Shown here in pieces: positions 48,522-57,504 of a DNA stretch of 64,000 nucleotides. A program made the translations under genes and the position numbers. The notes under the pieces were generated by a model, which was not told where the DNA came from, searched no databases, and saw only the letters and a list, made by a program, of their open reading frames with translations. Every line of letters starts with the position of its first letter. The stretch's first letter is position 1. The stretch lies in the NCBI GenBank assembly GCA_013334575.1, contig JAAXXG010000001.1, forward strand, positions 143,637-207,636, read 5' to 3'. This DNA comes from Candidatus Moraniibacteriota bacterium (GTDB lineage: Bacteria; Patescibacteriota; Minisyncoccia; Moranbacterales; UBA1568).

Positions 48522-49067
48522 CTACGAACCCCGCTCGGCGAGCGAATACCGGCAACCGCAGTAGTCCTGACGGTAGATCCCGCGTTCACAGACCATTTTT
48601 CGGGCCGCCTCCTGCCGTCCGCCCTTCTTCCAGTCCTCGGCCAGGAATCGGACGCCGACTTTGGCGGCCGCCGCGTCGCCGATCGGAGAGATGACATCGT
48701 CGCGCTTGTTTCGTCCGGAAGTCAGTGTCGTCGCGAAAACCGGAAACCCGCGATCCGCCGCAATCTCGGCCGAGCGGAACAGTCGGCTCCGAAAACAGAC
48801 CGGGCAGCGCCTTCCGCCTTCCGGCTCGCTCTCCAGCCCCCGAATCGCCTCGCCCCAGGCATCCGGCTCATAATCGGCATCGATCATGGGAATGTCCCAC
48901 TCCCCGCAGACGCGGACGACTTCACGTTTCCGCTTCAGGTATTCCTCTTCGGGAAAGATATTCGGATTGTAAAACAGCACCGAAAGGTCGTACGACTTCC
49001 GAAGCTCGTCGATCACCGCGATTCCGCACGGCGCGCAGCAGGTATGGAGCAGGAGTCGTTCGGTCAT
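48522..49067 (-). CDS. queH: Epoxyqueuosine reductase QueH (DUF208)
   Basis: 'LLLHTCCAPCG' and downstream 'CPVC' / 'CGC' cysteine motifs. Start at MTERLLLH. Confidence 0.85.
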   Translation of the reverse strand: MTERLLLHTCCAPCGIAVIDELRKSYDLSVLFYNPNIFPEEEYLKRKREVVRVCGEWDIPMIDADYEPDAWGEAIRGLESEPEGGRRCPVCFRSRLFRSAEIAADRGFPVFATTLTSGRNKRDDVISPIGDAAAAKVGVRFLAEDWKKGGRQEAARKMVCERGIYRQDYCGCRYSLAERGS

Positions 49068-49147
49068 ACTATCGATCCGTACGAACGCAAAGAAAGGACC
49101 TCGCCCGGCCCTTACATGAACCGGGAATCTTGTCGAGAGTCCGAATG

Positions 49148-50569
49148 TCAGTTCTTCCGCCGCGCAAGAAGCGCCCCCACGGTCCGGAGACAGATGCCCA
49201 TATCGAGCCACAGCGACCAGTTCTCGATATAGTAGACGTCCAGCCGGTACTCGTCCTCGAAGGCCAGATCGGAACGCCCGGAAACCTGCGCCATGCCGGT
49301 CAGGCCAGGCTTGATCGTAAGGAGACGGCGATGGTATTCACGGTACTTCTCGACCTCGCGTTTCTGGTGCGGCCGCGGACCGACAAGGCTCATCTCGCCG
49401 CGGAACACGTTGAAGAACTGCGGGAACTCGTCTATCGAATACTTCTCGATGAACGCGCCGACGCGGGTCTTGCGCGGATCATCCTTGATCTTGTAGAGCG
49501 GCCCCTTGCGGACGCTTCGCTCCTCGATCAGCCGTTTCTCGAAGGCGAGCGCCTCCTCGAAATCGGGATTCTCCTTTGTCACGCAGTACTTCCACCGCAT
49601 GTATCGGAACTTGTATACGAAGAACTTCCTGCCGTTTTCGCCGATACGCTCGTTCTTGTACACGATCGGACCGGATCCGTCCTCGAGCTTGATGAGTGCC
49701 GCGACGACGGCCATGACGGGCGACAGAAGAACGATCGCTACCGACGACGCGACGATGTCGAAGATCCGCTTCAGCACCCTCCCCCAGCCGTCAAGCGGCG
49801 TGTGGAGGAACTCGATGAGCGGCTCGCCGTTCATGATGCGCATGGCGAAACGCGACGTCTGCAGCGTCGTCGGGAAATACTTGAACGCGATATTGTGGAT
49901 CTCACAGTAGTCGAGGATCTTCTCCTGCTCGTCGTCGGTGATGGACTGGTCGCACACGATGATCTCGTCGATCCCCTTCTCCTGCCGGATGGCGTCGATG
50001 CGCGAGAGACTGGCCGTCTCCATGATATCCACCGCGCGGTAGCCGAGCTCGGGATGCTTGGTGAACAGCTTGGCAAAGCGGCGCGGTCGTCCGTTGCCGC
50101 CCACGAGCAGCACCCGGTAGACGCCCACACCCTTGGCGACCAGATAGTGCCGCTGGAGAAGCCGCAAGAGAAAGCGGGCAAGCGAGACATAGACCGTCGC
50201 CGCGAACCAGCCGACCACGATGATGAAGCGCGACGAGAACCAGTCGCGCTGAAGGAAGACCGCGATGATGATGATCACGATCCCGAGGGAAGTGGCCTTG
50301 AAAACCTGGAACGACTCGCGCCAGAACGAGCGCGACGTACGGATGACGTACAGCCCCTCTATCGCGTAAGTCAACAGGAAAATCGGACCGACCATGAGCA
50401 TCAGGCTGATCGACCGCTCGAAGGAGACCGAATAGACCTTGGGATTGATAAGATGCGAGATCTGCGGCAGCAGGTCTCGCAGAAGGAATACCGAGATTCC
50501 CGCGAGGACGATCATCAGATAGTCCACCGGGACCTGCACCGCGCTGAAGGCGATTTCGGATCGTTTCAT
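49148..50569 (-). CDS. Undecaprenyl-phosphate sugar phosphotransferase (WbaP/WcaJ-type initiating polyprenyl glycosylphosphotransferase)
   Basis: N-terminal TM bundle, central Rossmann-like domain and the C-terminal bacterial sugar transferase domain 'LVGPRPH...KPGLTGMAQVSGR'. Confidence 0.9.
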   Translation of the reverse strand: MKRSEIAFSAVQVPVDYLMIVLAGISVFLLRDLLPQISHLINPKVYSVSFERSISLMLMVGPIFLLTYAIEGLYVIRTSRSFWRESFQVFKATSLGIVIIIIAVFLQRDWFSSRFIIVVGWFAATVYVSLARFLLRLLQRHYLVAKGVGVYRVLLVGGNGRPRRFAKLFTKHPELGYRAVDIMETASLSRIDAIRQEKGIDEIIVCDQSITDDEQEKILDYCEIHNIAFKYFPTTLQTSRFAMRIMNGEPLIEFLHTPLDGWGRVLKRIFDIVASSVAIVLLSPVMAVVAALIKLEDGSGPIVYKNERIGENGRKFFVYKFRYMRWKYCVTKENPDFEEALAFEKRLIEERSVRKGPLYKIKDDPRKTRVGAFIEKYSIDEFPQFFNVFRGEMSLVGPRPHQKREVEKYREYHRRLLTIKPGLTGMAQVSGRSDLAFEDEYRLDVYYIENWSLWLDMGICLRTVGALLARRKN

Positions 50570-50602
50570 ACCGTATTGGGAGGAAATTCGCGTCCTCGCG
50601 TT

Positions 50603-50952
50603 CCCGAGACGGGCTCGTAAGCCGGATTCTGTTCAAACCATCATTTGTCTGGGACCGCCGTTACCGGCGGACTCGAGCGGCACTCCCAGGATCGCTCCCG
50701 GGCACGGCCTTGCACACGGGTAAGGATTTAGCCGTTTCACCCCGCACGTCACCGTGCGGACTCGCCCGACTCCTTACGGGGCCGGGCGCCTCGTCCTTTC
50801 GGACGAAGGCGTCTCTGTTCGCACCTCGCGCCTCGCGGCGGACGGGCGTTACCCGCTACCTGTTCCCCGGGGATCGCTCCCCGGATCGTGTGTCCGGACT
50901 TTCCTCCCCGGCTACCCAAGAGGGCGCCGAGGCGATGGTCCGGCCCGTTTCA
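50603..50952 (-). ncRNA. rnpB: RNase P RNA, bacterial type A
   Basis: The minus strand carries GAGGAAAGUCCGGAC (CR-I), GGUAACGCC (CR-II), GGGGUGAAACGG (CR-III), AGACAAAUGAUGG and ACAGAAUCCGGCUUA (CR-V). The P1 stem is ACGGGC/GCCCGU. Ends are approximate to ±10 nt. Confidence 0.9.
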
Positions 50953-51029
50953 GGAACGCAAACACGCGAAAAAACCCTCCTCTTACCCCTCTATGGTATC
51001 ACGGACCCCGCAAAAAGTCAATATTTGGC

Positions 51030-51422
51030 TCATCTGAGCCGTTTCCACGGTTTCGCCTCCCAAGCGAACATCCCGAAACTGATGACCACGAACGCTACGC
51101 TCATCCAGAGTGAAACCTGCTCCTTCGTCGGATCCATCGAGAAGAAACCGTGGCGATATGCCGGCGTAACAAGAACAAGAAGCCAAGTCGCGGGAAACCA
51201 AATACCTGAAAAAATACTCCACTTCCGGAAAAGAGCATCAGAAAAAATAAAAAGGAACGGGAAAACCACAATAACCGAAAGCAACGAATGAAATAATGTT
51301 CTTGCGGCCGGAATACTATCGCCACCCATGCATCGTTCTATACTTTTGCTGCACGGAAACAATAAAACGAATATTAAGGCAACAATAACTACGGCAAAAA
51401 ATTGCAGTCTATAACCTTTCAT
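51030..51422 (-). CDS. Small multi-TM membrane protein, paralog A
   Basis: 130 aa with 3-4 TM helices. The C-terminal 49 aa are near-identical to paralog B. AT-rich. Confidence 0.5.
   Translation of the reverse strand: MKGYRLQFFAVVIVALIFVLLFPCSKSIERCMGGDSIPAARTLFHSLLSVIVVFPFLFIFSDALFRKWSIFSGIWFPATWLLVLVTPAYRHGFFSMDPTKEQVSLWMSVAFVVISFGMFAWEAKPWKRLR
51041..51188. repeat. 148-bp direct repeat, copy 1 (copy 2 at 51491-51638, 1 mismatch)
   Basis: The sequence gtttccacggtttcgcctcccaagcgaac...gaagccaagt occurs twice, 450 bp apart, differing by a single C/T. Each copy encodes the conserved C-terminal region of a small membrane protein. Confidence 0.9.
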
Positions 51423-51479
51423 ACTTTTATTCTTTCATAAAGATACCTTCGAATCTTGAAGGGAATAATTACTTCTTCC

Positions 51480-51896
51480 TCACCGAAGTTGTTTCCACGG
51501 TTTCGCCTCCCAAGCGAACATCCCGAAACTGATGACCACGAACGCTACGCTCATCCAGAGTGAAACCTGCTCCTTCGTCGGATCCATCGAGAAGAAACTG
51601 TGGCGATATGCCGGCGTAACAAGAACAAGAAGCCAAGTAAATACGAACCAAACACCCGCATATATACCCCACTTCTTGTAAGTCTTATCACTTACGAAAT
51701 ACGAAACAAAAGAAACGGGGAAAAGAGCTTTCGAAAACATTACGAGCGGATAAATCACATTAAACCGAAGATTATCAAAGGGACATTCTCCTATACCATC
51801 TGGAAAACAAATTCTCCAATCATAAAATATCCCCATGATAACAATAGCCGCGCTTGAGAGAAAAACGACCGCTCTAATGATTTTCATATCTCTCAT
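51480..51896 (-). CDS. Small multi-TM membrane protein, paralog B
   Basis: Start at MRDMKIIRAV (alternatively MKII at 51887). The tool ORF starts at an upstream GTG that overlaps the preceding gene. It begins 11 nt after the stop of the large hydrolase gene. Confidence 0.5.
   Translation of the reverse strand: MRDMKIIRAVVFLSSAAIVIMGIFYDWRICFPDGIGECPFDNLRFNVIYPLVMFSKALFPVSFVSYFVSDKTYKKWGIYAGVWFVFTWLLVLVTPAYRHSFFSMDPTKEQVSLWMSVAFVVISFGMFAWEAKPWKQLR
51491..51638. repeat. 148-bp direct repeat, copy 2
   Basis: See copy 1. Confidence 0.9.
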
Positions 51897-51907
51897 ACGT
51901 TTTATCT

Positions 51908-54900
51908 TCAATATATCACATTCGCCTTTCCCTTCTCCGTCTCGAATTTCGGAATAATCAGACCCGGTATCCACTCCACCGAAGGATACCCGGCGCCACG
52001 GTTCCCAGGAATGGGATACCGAATCAAAAGCGTCCGATCAACCAACGGTAGATAGGACGAGGCTAACCGTTGAGAGCCACTTTGAAGTTCAGACGTCAAG
52101 AATACATGCCGATTCCGGACGGGACCAAGAAACCAGTCATACCTTGCACTGCAAGAAACGACCGAAGAAGGCGATCCATCATACGTGACGGATAATGACC
52201 CGATATCCGACGATCCGACACGATCCGTCCGATCGAACGAAACGGACGTCTCATGACCGGCCTCATCACGAATCAACGCTGAGACACGGACCATTCCTTT
52301 CTTTCTGAAGACGGGTTTCTCCGTCGTTTCAACGGAAACGGCATCCACGCCGCTTACCGCGACACCTCCAACGGAAGCGTCAAAGCCGATTCTCGCCTCC
52401 GGGGCGACCTTGTCGATCCGCACCTCGAAATACCGCTCGTTTTCGACGTTTCCCGCCATATCAGTCGCGCGGAAACGGATACTCGTCGCCCCCTCGCGAT
52501 CTACCGAAAACGGACCGGCATATTTATTCCACTCCGCCGCGTCTCCAAGGACGTATTCGATCCTATCGACACCACTTCCATCCGCTCCGTCATCCGCAGA
52601 CAGCGCGACCGATACGGATCCGACATACCACCCGTTTTTCCCAGCCTTTCCCGAGACGCTCGCGGTCGATATCGGAGACGCTCCATCGGGTGGCAGAGTC
52701 GCCGAACCGTCAAGTATCGGCTCGACGATATATTCACCACCCGCGGAGGTCGTGTCATAATCCGCACGAAGCGCCGATAGTTCCTTTAGCCCTTCTGCCG
52801 ACACCGAAAGCTCGACCGCCGTCTCCGGCCCAACCGGAAGCGCTTCAAACGTAACATTGGAACGAACCGTCTCGGTACCGTCGGACGCTTCGTCAACCTC
52901 ATCCAGTCGAAGCGTATATGCACCTTCCGCATAGCCGGAAAGATGAATCTTCACCGGATATCCGGCGGGGAACGAGAGATACTTCCGACCACCGAGATCC
53001 AGATAGGTACTGCCCGGAATTCCGACCTCGACATCCGAATACCGCGCCCCGTCAGCTCCGATTATCGGAGCGCCAACAGGTCCGGTATGGTTCCCTTCGG
53101 CATCTTCCAGACTGATGTCGAGTGGAGAATGAAGAGAAACTCGAATTTTTGGTTTCGCGTTATCATAGTCAGTTGGACGATCTGTCTCGATGTACTCCGG
53201 AAGATGGCTTTCATCATCTTTTCTAAGAATTATTTTCTTTATTAATTCGCGAATTGTTAATCCTTCAAGAAGTTTTCCGTGATTTATATTGGAGGTACTT
53301 GCATCATTGTAGTCATACAAATTTAGCCAATACCGCTTCACATTCCCATCTGAATCGCTCATCAGAAGCGCGCTCGGTGTTGTCACGACCGCGTCGCCGT
53401 CAACGGTGAACTCGGGTTCATATACGGGAGTCGCTCGTTCCGACTTCCAGCAGGAAGGAATTTTCCCATTCGAAACCGGCCGGCACACCGATTCATATTC
53501 CTCGGCATACCGAACCCCGCGAACCGTATCCAACCCCCATCCGGCAATCTGGATGACTTCTACACCGGCCGGAGGCGTCCAGGAATCCAAATCGTCATGC
53601 ATGGCCTGCGAAAGGTCCAGCAACCTGCCATTAAGAACGTTCTCAGCCTCGACGTCGTTCGGATCCGGCTTACTCCGTCCGTCCTTCGTACCGGAAAGGA
53701 ATGATTCAAGATCTCCCCGGCTTTCGATTTCCTTTCCGTACGAATGCAGATAATCAGCATATCTTGTCCACTCCGAATCGAACCGAACGAGAGGTTGTCG
53801 GGTCCGGCCGAAATATTCCGAGGAGGGAAGAAGCCCGTACGCTCCCGGCATATTCTCGGCCAGCGTTCTCGCATCGGACCGCGTCGCAAGCAGACCGCCC
53901 AGGATGGACTCGTCGTATCCGTACAGGAGCGAGAGGATCGATATCGGGGTCCCCATCTGCGGAGTACCGACAAGAATCACGCGGTCGACGATCCCGGCAT
54001 CTCCCTGCTCTTCCAACTGCTTCACGAGCGCTTTCGCGACCAGTCCGCCGTTCGAATGGGCGACGATCGTCACCTTCCCCGTCTTCGAGATATCGGCCAG
54101 TTCACGTATCCGATCAAGTAGTCGCCGTTCACCCTCCCGGTATGGCGTACTTTCAGAAACAACATCCTCGACGTCCATCCTCCAATCGTACGCGAACGGG
54201 ACGTATCCGGTTATCGTCCCGACGTCCTGCATGCCTTGCAGGTCGGACAGGAACGACTCATAGTATCGGTCCGGACCGACCGAATCCAGGACGTCGTCGG
54301 TATACACGTCATGAACACTGCGTCCGTCGGAATTGAGCGCGAGATCGTCAAGGTCGTTCCCGAAAAGGGTCGGCGGCCACAACTGATCTTCGCCTGAACC
54401 GCTCCTCGTATAGAGACGACTCGCCTTGATACCCGGAAGGAAGAGGACGTTCGACGCCATGTCGGACCGTTCCTGAACGTTCTTATCACGATTGAATCCG
54501 ACGAGCCGATGAGGCCCGGATATCCGCTCACCGCCACCCTGCGGATACCTGTCACCCGACGGGCCGGAGGAAGAACCGAACCAGTCGTTCTCCAGGGAAA
54601 TACGGCCGGAATAATCTGCTTCCCCATCGTATTCGATGAGGGAAACAAGCGCGGTTTTGTCGGAATCTCCTTCGAAATCGGAATCCTTGATCCGAATAAG
54701 ATCCGTAGAATCCCACTCGTCGGAAAACCACATGGATACACGGACTCCGGCATAGGCTACGTTGTTGCGAAACACGGAATGCTCGATGAGCAGTTTTCCA
54801 TTCCGATACTCGATTGCCGGCGCAATGAATGCCTCATCTTCCGCAGCAATCGCCATGTGACCCAGCCAGGAGCGGAATCCGCCCGTATCGACAGCGTACG

Positions 54901-55435
54901 ACGGGCAGTGTCCGGCATACGGCTTCCTATCGGAGCCCATGCCATCGAAAATGACGTTTCTGAGAATCGATGCCTCGTCATTCTCTTCCTGATAACCGAA
55001 GAACCCGATCGTCCCGGGCGGAAACACCCGATAGCATTCCTCGTCATACTCACCCGCCCCGTTCGGTGGCAGCTTGATATACGAGGGAGCCGGTACGAAT
55101 ATCACAGGCTCGGAATCGGTTCCCTGCGCATCGATCCGACCGCTGAACACCTTAAGCTCGCCGATTTCGACCTTCGTACCCTTCTCGATTGTCAGCGTCG
55201 CGCCGTTTACGACGGCGACAGGCTTCGTAAGATCAGTCTGACGAAAAGAGCCTGTCCAAGTGGTATCGGAATCTATCACTTCATAATCCTCATAGTTCTG
55301 CCACAGATCCTCATCCTCAGCTGAAACATTTCCCACGAAAACCGAACGCAACGAAGGCGCTATCAAAGCAAGGCACAAAAAAATCACCGCACTCCCGGTG
55401 ATAGAGAAAAAATATCGACGAAGCATATCAGTCAT
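51908..55435 (-). CDS. Large secreted multidomain protein with an alpha/beta-hydrolase (lipase/esterase-like) domain and Ig-like (Big_3-type) domains
   Basis: ~1,176 aa. Signal peptide 'MLRRYFFSITGSAVIFLCLALIA', nucleophile-elbow 'TIVAHSNGGLVA' (GxSxG-like), an Ig-like repeat 'VDRIEYVLGDAAEWNKY...RATDMAGN' and a beta-helix-like N-terminal region. The true start may be ATG at 55435/55426 rather than the tool's GTG at 55441. Confidence 0.7.
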   Translation of the reverse strand: MTDMLRRYFFSITGSAVIFLCLALIAPSLRSVFVGNVSAEDEDLWQNYEDYEVIDSDTTWTGSFRQTDLTKPVAVVNGATLTIEKGTKVEIGELKVFSGRIDAQGTDSEPVIFVPAPSYIKLPPNGAGEYDEECYRVFPPGTIGFFGYQEENDEASILRNVIFDGMGSDRKPYAGHCPSYAVDTGGFRSWLGHMAIAAEDEAFIAPAIEYRNGKLLIEHSVFRNNVAYAGVRVSMWFSDEWDSTDLIRIKDSDFEGDSDKTALVSLIEYDGEADYSGRISLENDWFGSSSGPSGDRYPQGGGERISGPHRLVGFNRDKNVQERSDMASNVLFLPGIKASRLYTRSGSGEDQLWPPTLFGNDLDDLALNSDGRSVHDVYTDDVLDSVGPDRYYESFLSDLQGMQDVGTITGYVPFAYDWRMDVEDVVSESTPYREGERRLLDRIRELADISKTGKVTIVAHSNGGLVAKALVKQLEEQGDAGIVDRVILVGTPQMGTPISILSLLYGYDESILGGLLATRSDARTLAENMPGAYGLLPSSEYFGRTRQPLVRFDSEWTRYADYLHSYGKEIESRGDLESFLSGTKDGRSKPDPNDVEAENVLNGRLLDLSQAMHDDLDSWTPPAGVEVIQIAGWGLDTVRGVRYAEEYESVCRPVSNGKIPSCWKSERATPVYEPEFTVDGDAVVTTPSALLMSDSDGNVKRYWLNLYDYNDASTSNINHGKLLEGLTIRELIKKIILRKDDESHLPEYIETDRPTDYDNAKPKIRVSLHSPLDISLEDAEGNHTGPVGAPIIGADGARYSDVEVGIPGSTYLDLGGRKYLSFPAGYPVKIHLSGYAEGAYTLRLDEVDEASDGTETVRSNVTFEALPVGPETAVELSVSAEGLKELSALRADYDTTSAGGEYIVEPILDGSATLPPDGASPISTASVSGKAGKNGWYVGSVSVALSADDGADGSGVDRIEYVLGDAAEWNKYAGPFSVDREGATSIRFRATDMAGNVENERYFEVRIDKVAPEARIGFDASVGGVAVSGVDAVSVETTEKPVFRKKGMVRVSALIRDEAGHETSVSFDRTDRVGSSDIGSLSVTYDGSPSSVVSCSARYDWFLGPVRNRHVFLTSELQSGSQRLASSYLPLVDRTLLIRYPIPGNRGAGYPSVEWIPGLIIPKFETEKGKANVIY

Positions 55436-55835
55436 ACTCACTGTTTATGCCATAACTCCATTTCAAAGATATCATGCGACTCACAAAGAGAAAAGTTACA
55501 TCTGGCATCCTTCGGAAATGACACCGCCCGGGAGGGATACTCTCGGGCGGGAATCGGCAGGATTTGCCGGTTTTCGGAAAAGCGGGTTCGGACGCGGTCA
55601 GCAGGACGGCTCAACCGACGAACGAGACCGAGGAAAGGAGAAAGAGAAAGGCAAGAATGAATCCCTTCTTTTCCCATATAAAACGAAGTGTCTTTCGAAC
55701 CGCGATCGGCTCCGGATTGGCAGCGAACGGAGAGAGGCTGACTGCATTCACAGTAAACACCGTCTCGCCGGCCATGACAAGGCGGGGAAGAAAAGACGGG
55801 TTGTATATTCCGATAATGTAGAGGGTGGGATGGAA

Positions 55836-56456
55836 TCAGACGGATCCATACAGATCAAGCGCCTGACCGATACGATCGGAGAGTTCGGGGAACTCTTCGG
55901 CGAAAAAGTGCCCCCTGCCGTCGAGAACGACCGCTTCGGCACCGGAGAGTGCTCGGGCATACTTCCCAAGCTCCGCGACCGGCACCACGGGGTCGTCGGA
56001 CGAATGGAAGAGGATGATCCGATCCGTCTGACGCGCGAGATCTTCGAGATCGTCCGGAAGCCGAAAATCGCCCAGCGGCCCGTCCGCCTCATCGTCGAAC
56101 GGAGCCGAAACGAGAGCGAGCAGCCCGACCCGGACGGGTAGCGGATGTACCGCCAGATACTTCGCAAGAAAGATCCCCCCGAGACTCGACCCGACCAGAA
56201 TGACGCCGTCCCGGAAGAGCGGAACGTGCCGATCGAACCAGGCCTCCCACTCCGCATACCGGGCATCGATCTTGTTCGGCATCTCTGGCATAAGGATATC
56301 CGCCCGCCCGAAGTACCTTCGGGCGATATTTTCGCGCCAGGACGTCCGTCCGTCCGGATTCCAGAACGGGTCGCGAAACTGCCGCTTCTCCCTGAGGTAC
56401 GCCGGCACCTCGCCCCGGTCGGCGAACACCTCGCCGCCATGGACGAACATGATCAT
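55836..56456 (-). CDS. Alpha/beta hydrolase (YdeN/RBBP9-like serine hydrolase)
   Basis: 'MIMFVHGGE' and nucleophile 'LVGSSLGG'. ~206 aa after trimming the non-coding AT-rich tool N-terminus. Confidence 0.65.
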   Translation of the reverse strand: MIMFVHGGEVFADRGEVPAYLREKRQFRDPFWNPDGRTSWRENIARRYFGRADILMPEMPNKIDARYAEWEAWFDRHVPLFRDGVILVGSSLGGIFLAKYLAVHPLPVRVGLLALVSAPFDDEADGPLGDFRLPDDLEDLARQTDRIILFHSSDDPVVPVAELGKYARALSGAEAVVLDGRGHFFAEEFPELSDRIGQALDLYGSV

Positions 56457-56527
56457 CCCCTTCTTCCCTTCCATACGGAATCCGATAAAAAATCCCCCAC
56501 CCGAAACAAATCGTTCATACCATTCGT

Positions 56528-56557
56528 CGCATACTACCATATAATATTATATGGTAG
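56528..56557. promoter_or_regulatory. 30-bp perfect palindrome overlapping a putative -10 (operator candidate)
   Basis: ATACTACCATATAAT|ATTATATGGTAGTAT, 15-bp arms with no spacer, 72-100 nt upstream of the YdeN-like start. On the minus strand it reads TTCATA, 16 nt, TATAAT. Confidence 0.4.
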
Positions 56558-56815
56558 TATTTCATACTATGAATTGTCTTCGGATACTGCGGCATTGCAA
56601 GGAAATACGCCTTGTCCGATCGGCCCCCTTTCCGCATCGGTTCTGATTCCCACATCGGTTCTGGGGCTCACGCGGAACCAGAGTCAGGAATGACGAGATA
56701 GAGAGACTTTCGAACATTCGACGGCAGCGGACCGCCGGGAGTAGCCGAGGAAGGCTACGAAGAAGAAAGACGCGTCCGTTACGGCGCGCCTTCCTTGTTT
56801 CCGTTTCCCGCGGCG

Positions 56816-57277
56816 TTACGCGGCATACCCGTCGCATTCCGGTCGACACATGTCAGGACCGTTGATGACCGAGAGAAAGTCGACGTTCGCGTTCCGTTCA
56901 TTTAAAAGAGCCCTGAGGATTCTCCTGATTTCGTTCGGACTTACCTGACGAACCGTCCGGTCGGATTGTCGGCGAAAATTGAATTTTCCATCGACCATAT
57001 CGAAGGAATAGGTTTCCGGTGCGCCTCCGGACGAATCGTGTTCGCCGATCCTTATAACGATCTCGAACCGTTCGAACTGATCGGGAGCGTTCCCGATGAT
57101 CAACGGACACAGGATACACCTCATATCACCGCTTTTAACCTCGCGACGTTCCTTTCCGGTCTTCCCGAGCAAGCCCTTCGAGTAGAGAAATCCGCCTGCC
57201 CCTTCCCTCACGACATGTTCAACGACACCATCCTTATCGGTTAGGCGTATACCCACATCGACAAACAGTATATTCAC
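56816..57277 (-). CDS. Hypothetical protein (GTG start)
   Basis: GTG at 57277 is preceded by AAGGAGG with a 5-nt spacing. 153 aa. No family recognised. Confidence 0.45.
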   Translation of the reverse strand: MNILFVDVGIRLTDKDGVVEHVVREGAGGFLYSKGLLGKTGKERREVKSGDMRCILCPLIIGNAPDQFERFEIVIRIGEHDSSGGAPETYSFDMVDGKFNFRRQSDRTVRQVSPNEIRRILRALLNERNANVDFLSVINGPDMCRPECDGYAA

Positions 57278-57326
57278 GTCTCCCTCCTTGGATACATTGT
57301 TAATTGAAATCGTCCTCTAATGGAAC

Positions 57327-57355
57327 ATGATACCAGCCGCCGGAAGGAGGGTCAA
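57327..57355 (-). promoter_or_regulatory. Promoter for the 56816-57277 gene
   Basis: On the minus strand TTGACC (57350-55), an exactly 17-nt spacer, TATCAT (57327-32). TSS ~43 nt upstream of the GTG start. Confidence 0.45.
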
Positions 57356-57504
57356 AAGAAACCGGACACGATAACCGGCGGTTCCGGTTACTAGTCCCCT
57401 TTGAATCCATACCGAGAAAGAACCGGCGTTATCAGCATTCGCGCGGCCGCATACGGTTCAGGATTCCAAAAACAGCCGGGATCTCTCAATCAGCGAACCG
57501 AGGG

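Noticed and set aside
48725-50620. 631-aa plus-strand ORF
   Set aside because: It is antisense to wbaP and queH and Arg/Pro/Glu-rich. Spurious.
50710-51291. 193-aa plus-strand ORF
   Set aside because: It runs straight through the RNase P RNA gene on the opposite strand and through repeat copy 1. Non-coding.
51041-51638. CRISPR-like interpretation of the 148-bp repeats
   Set aside because: There are only two copies, 450 bp apart, and each lies inside a protein-coding gene encoding a conserved C-terminus. This is a gene duplication or conversion, not a repeat-spacer array.
56640-56700. tRNA-like 'GGTTCTGATTCC' segment and 11-bp direct repeat CATCGGTTCTG
   Set aside because: I could not fold it into a cloverleaf. 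The T-loop has a pyrimidine at position 57 and there are no matching acceptor or anticodon stems on either strand.
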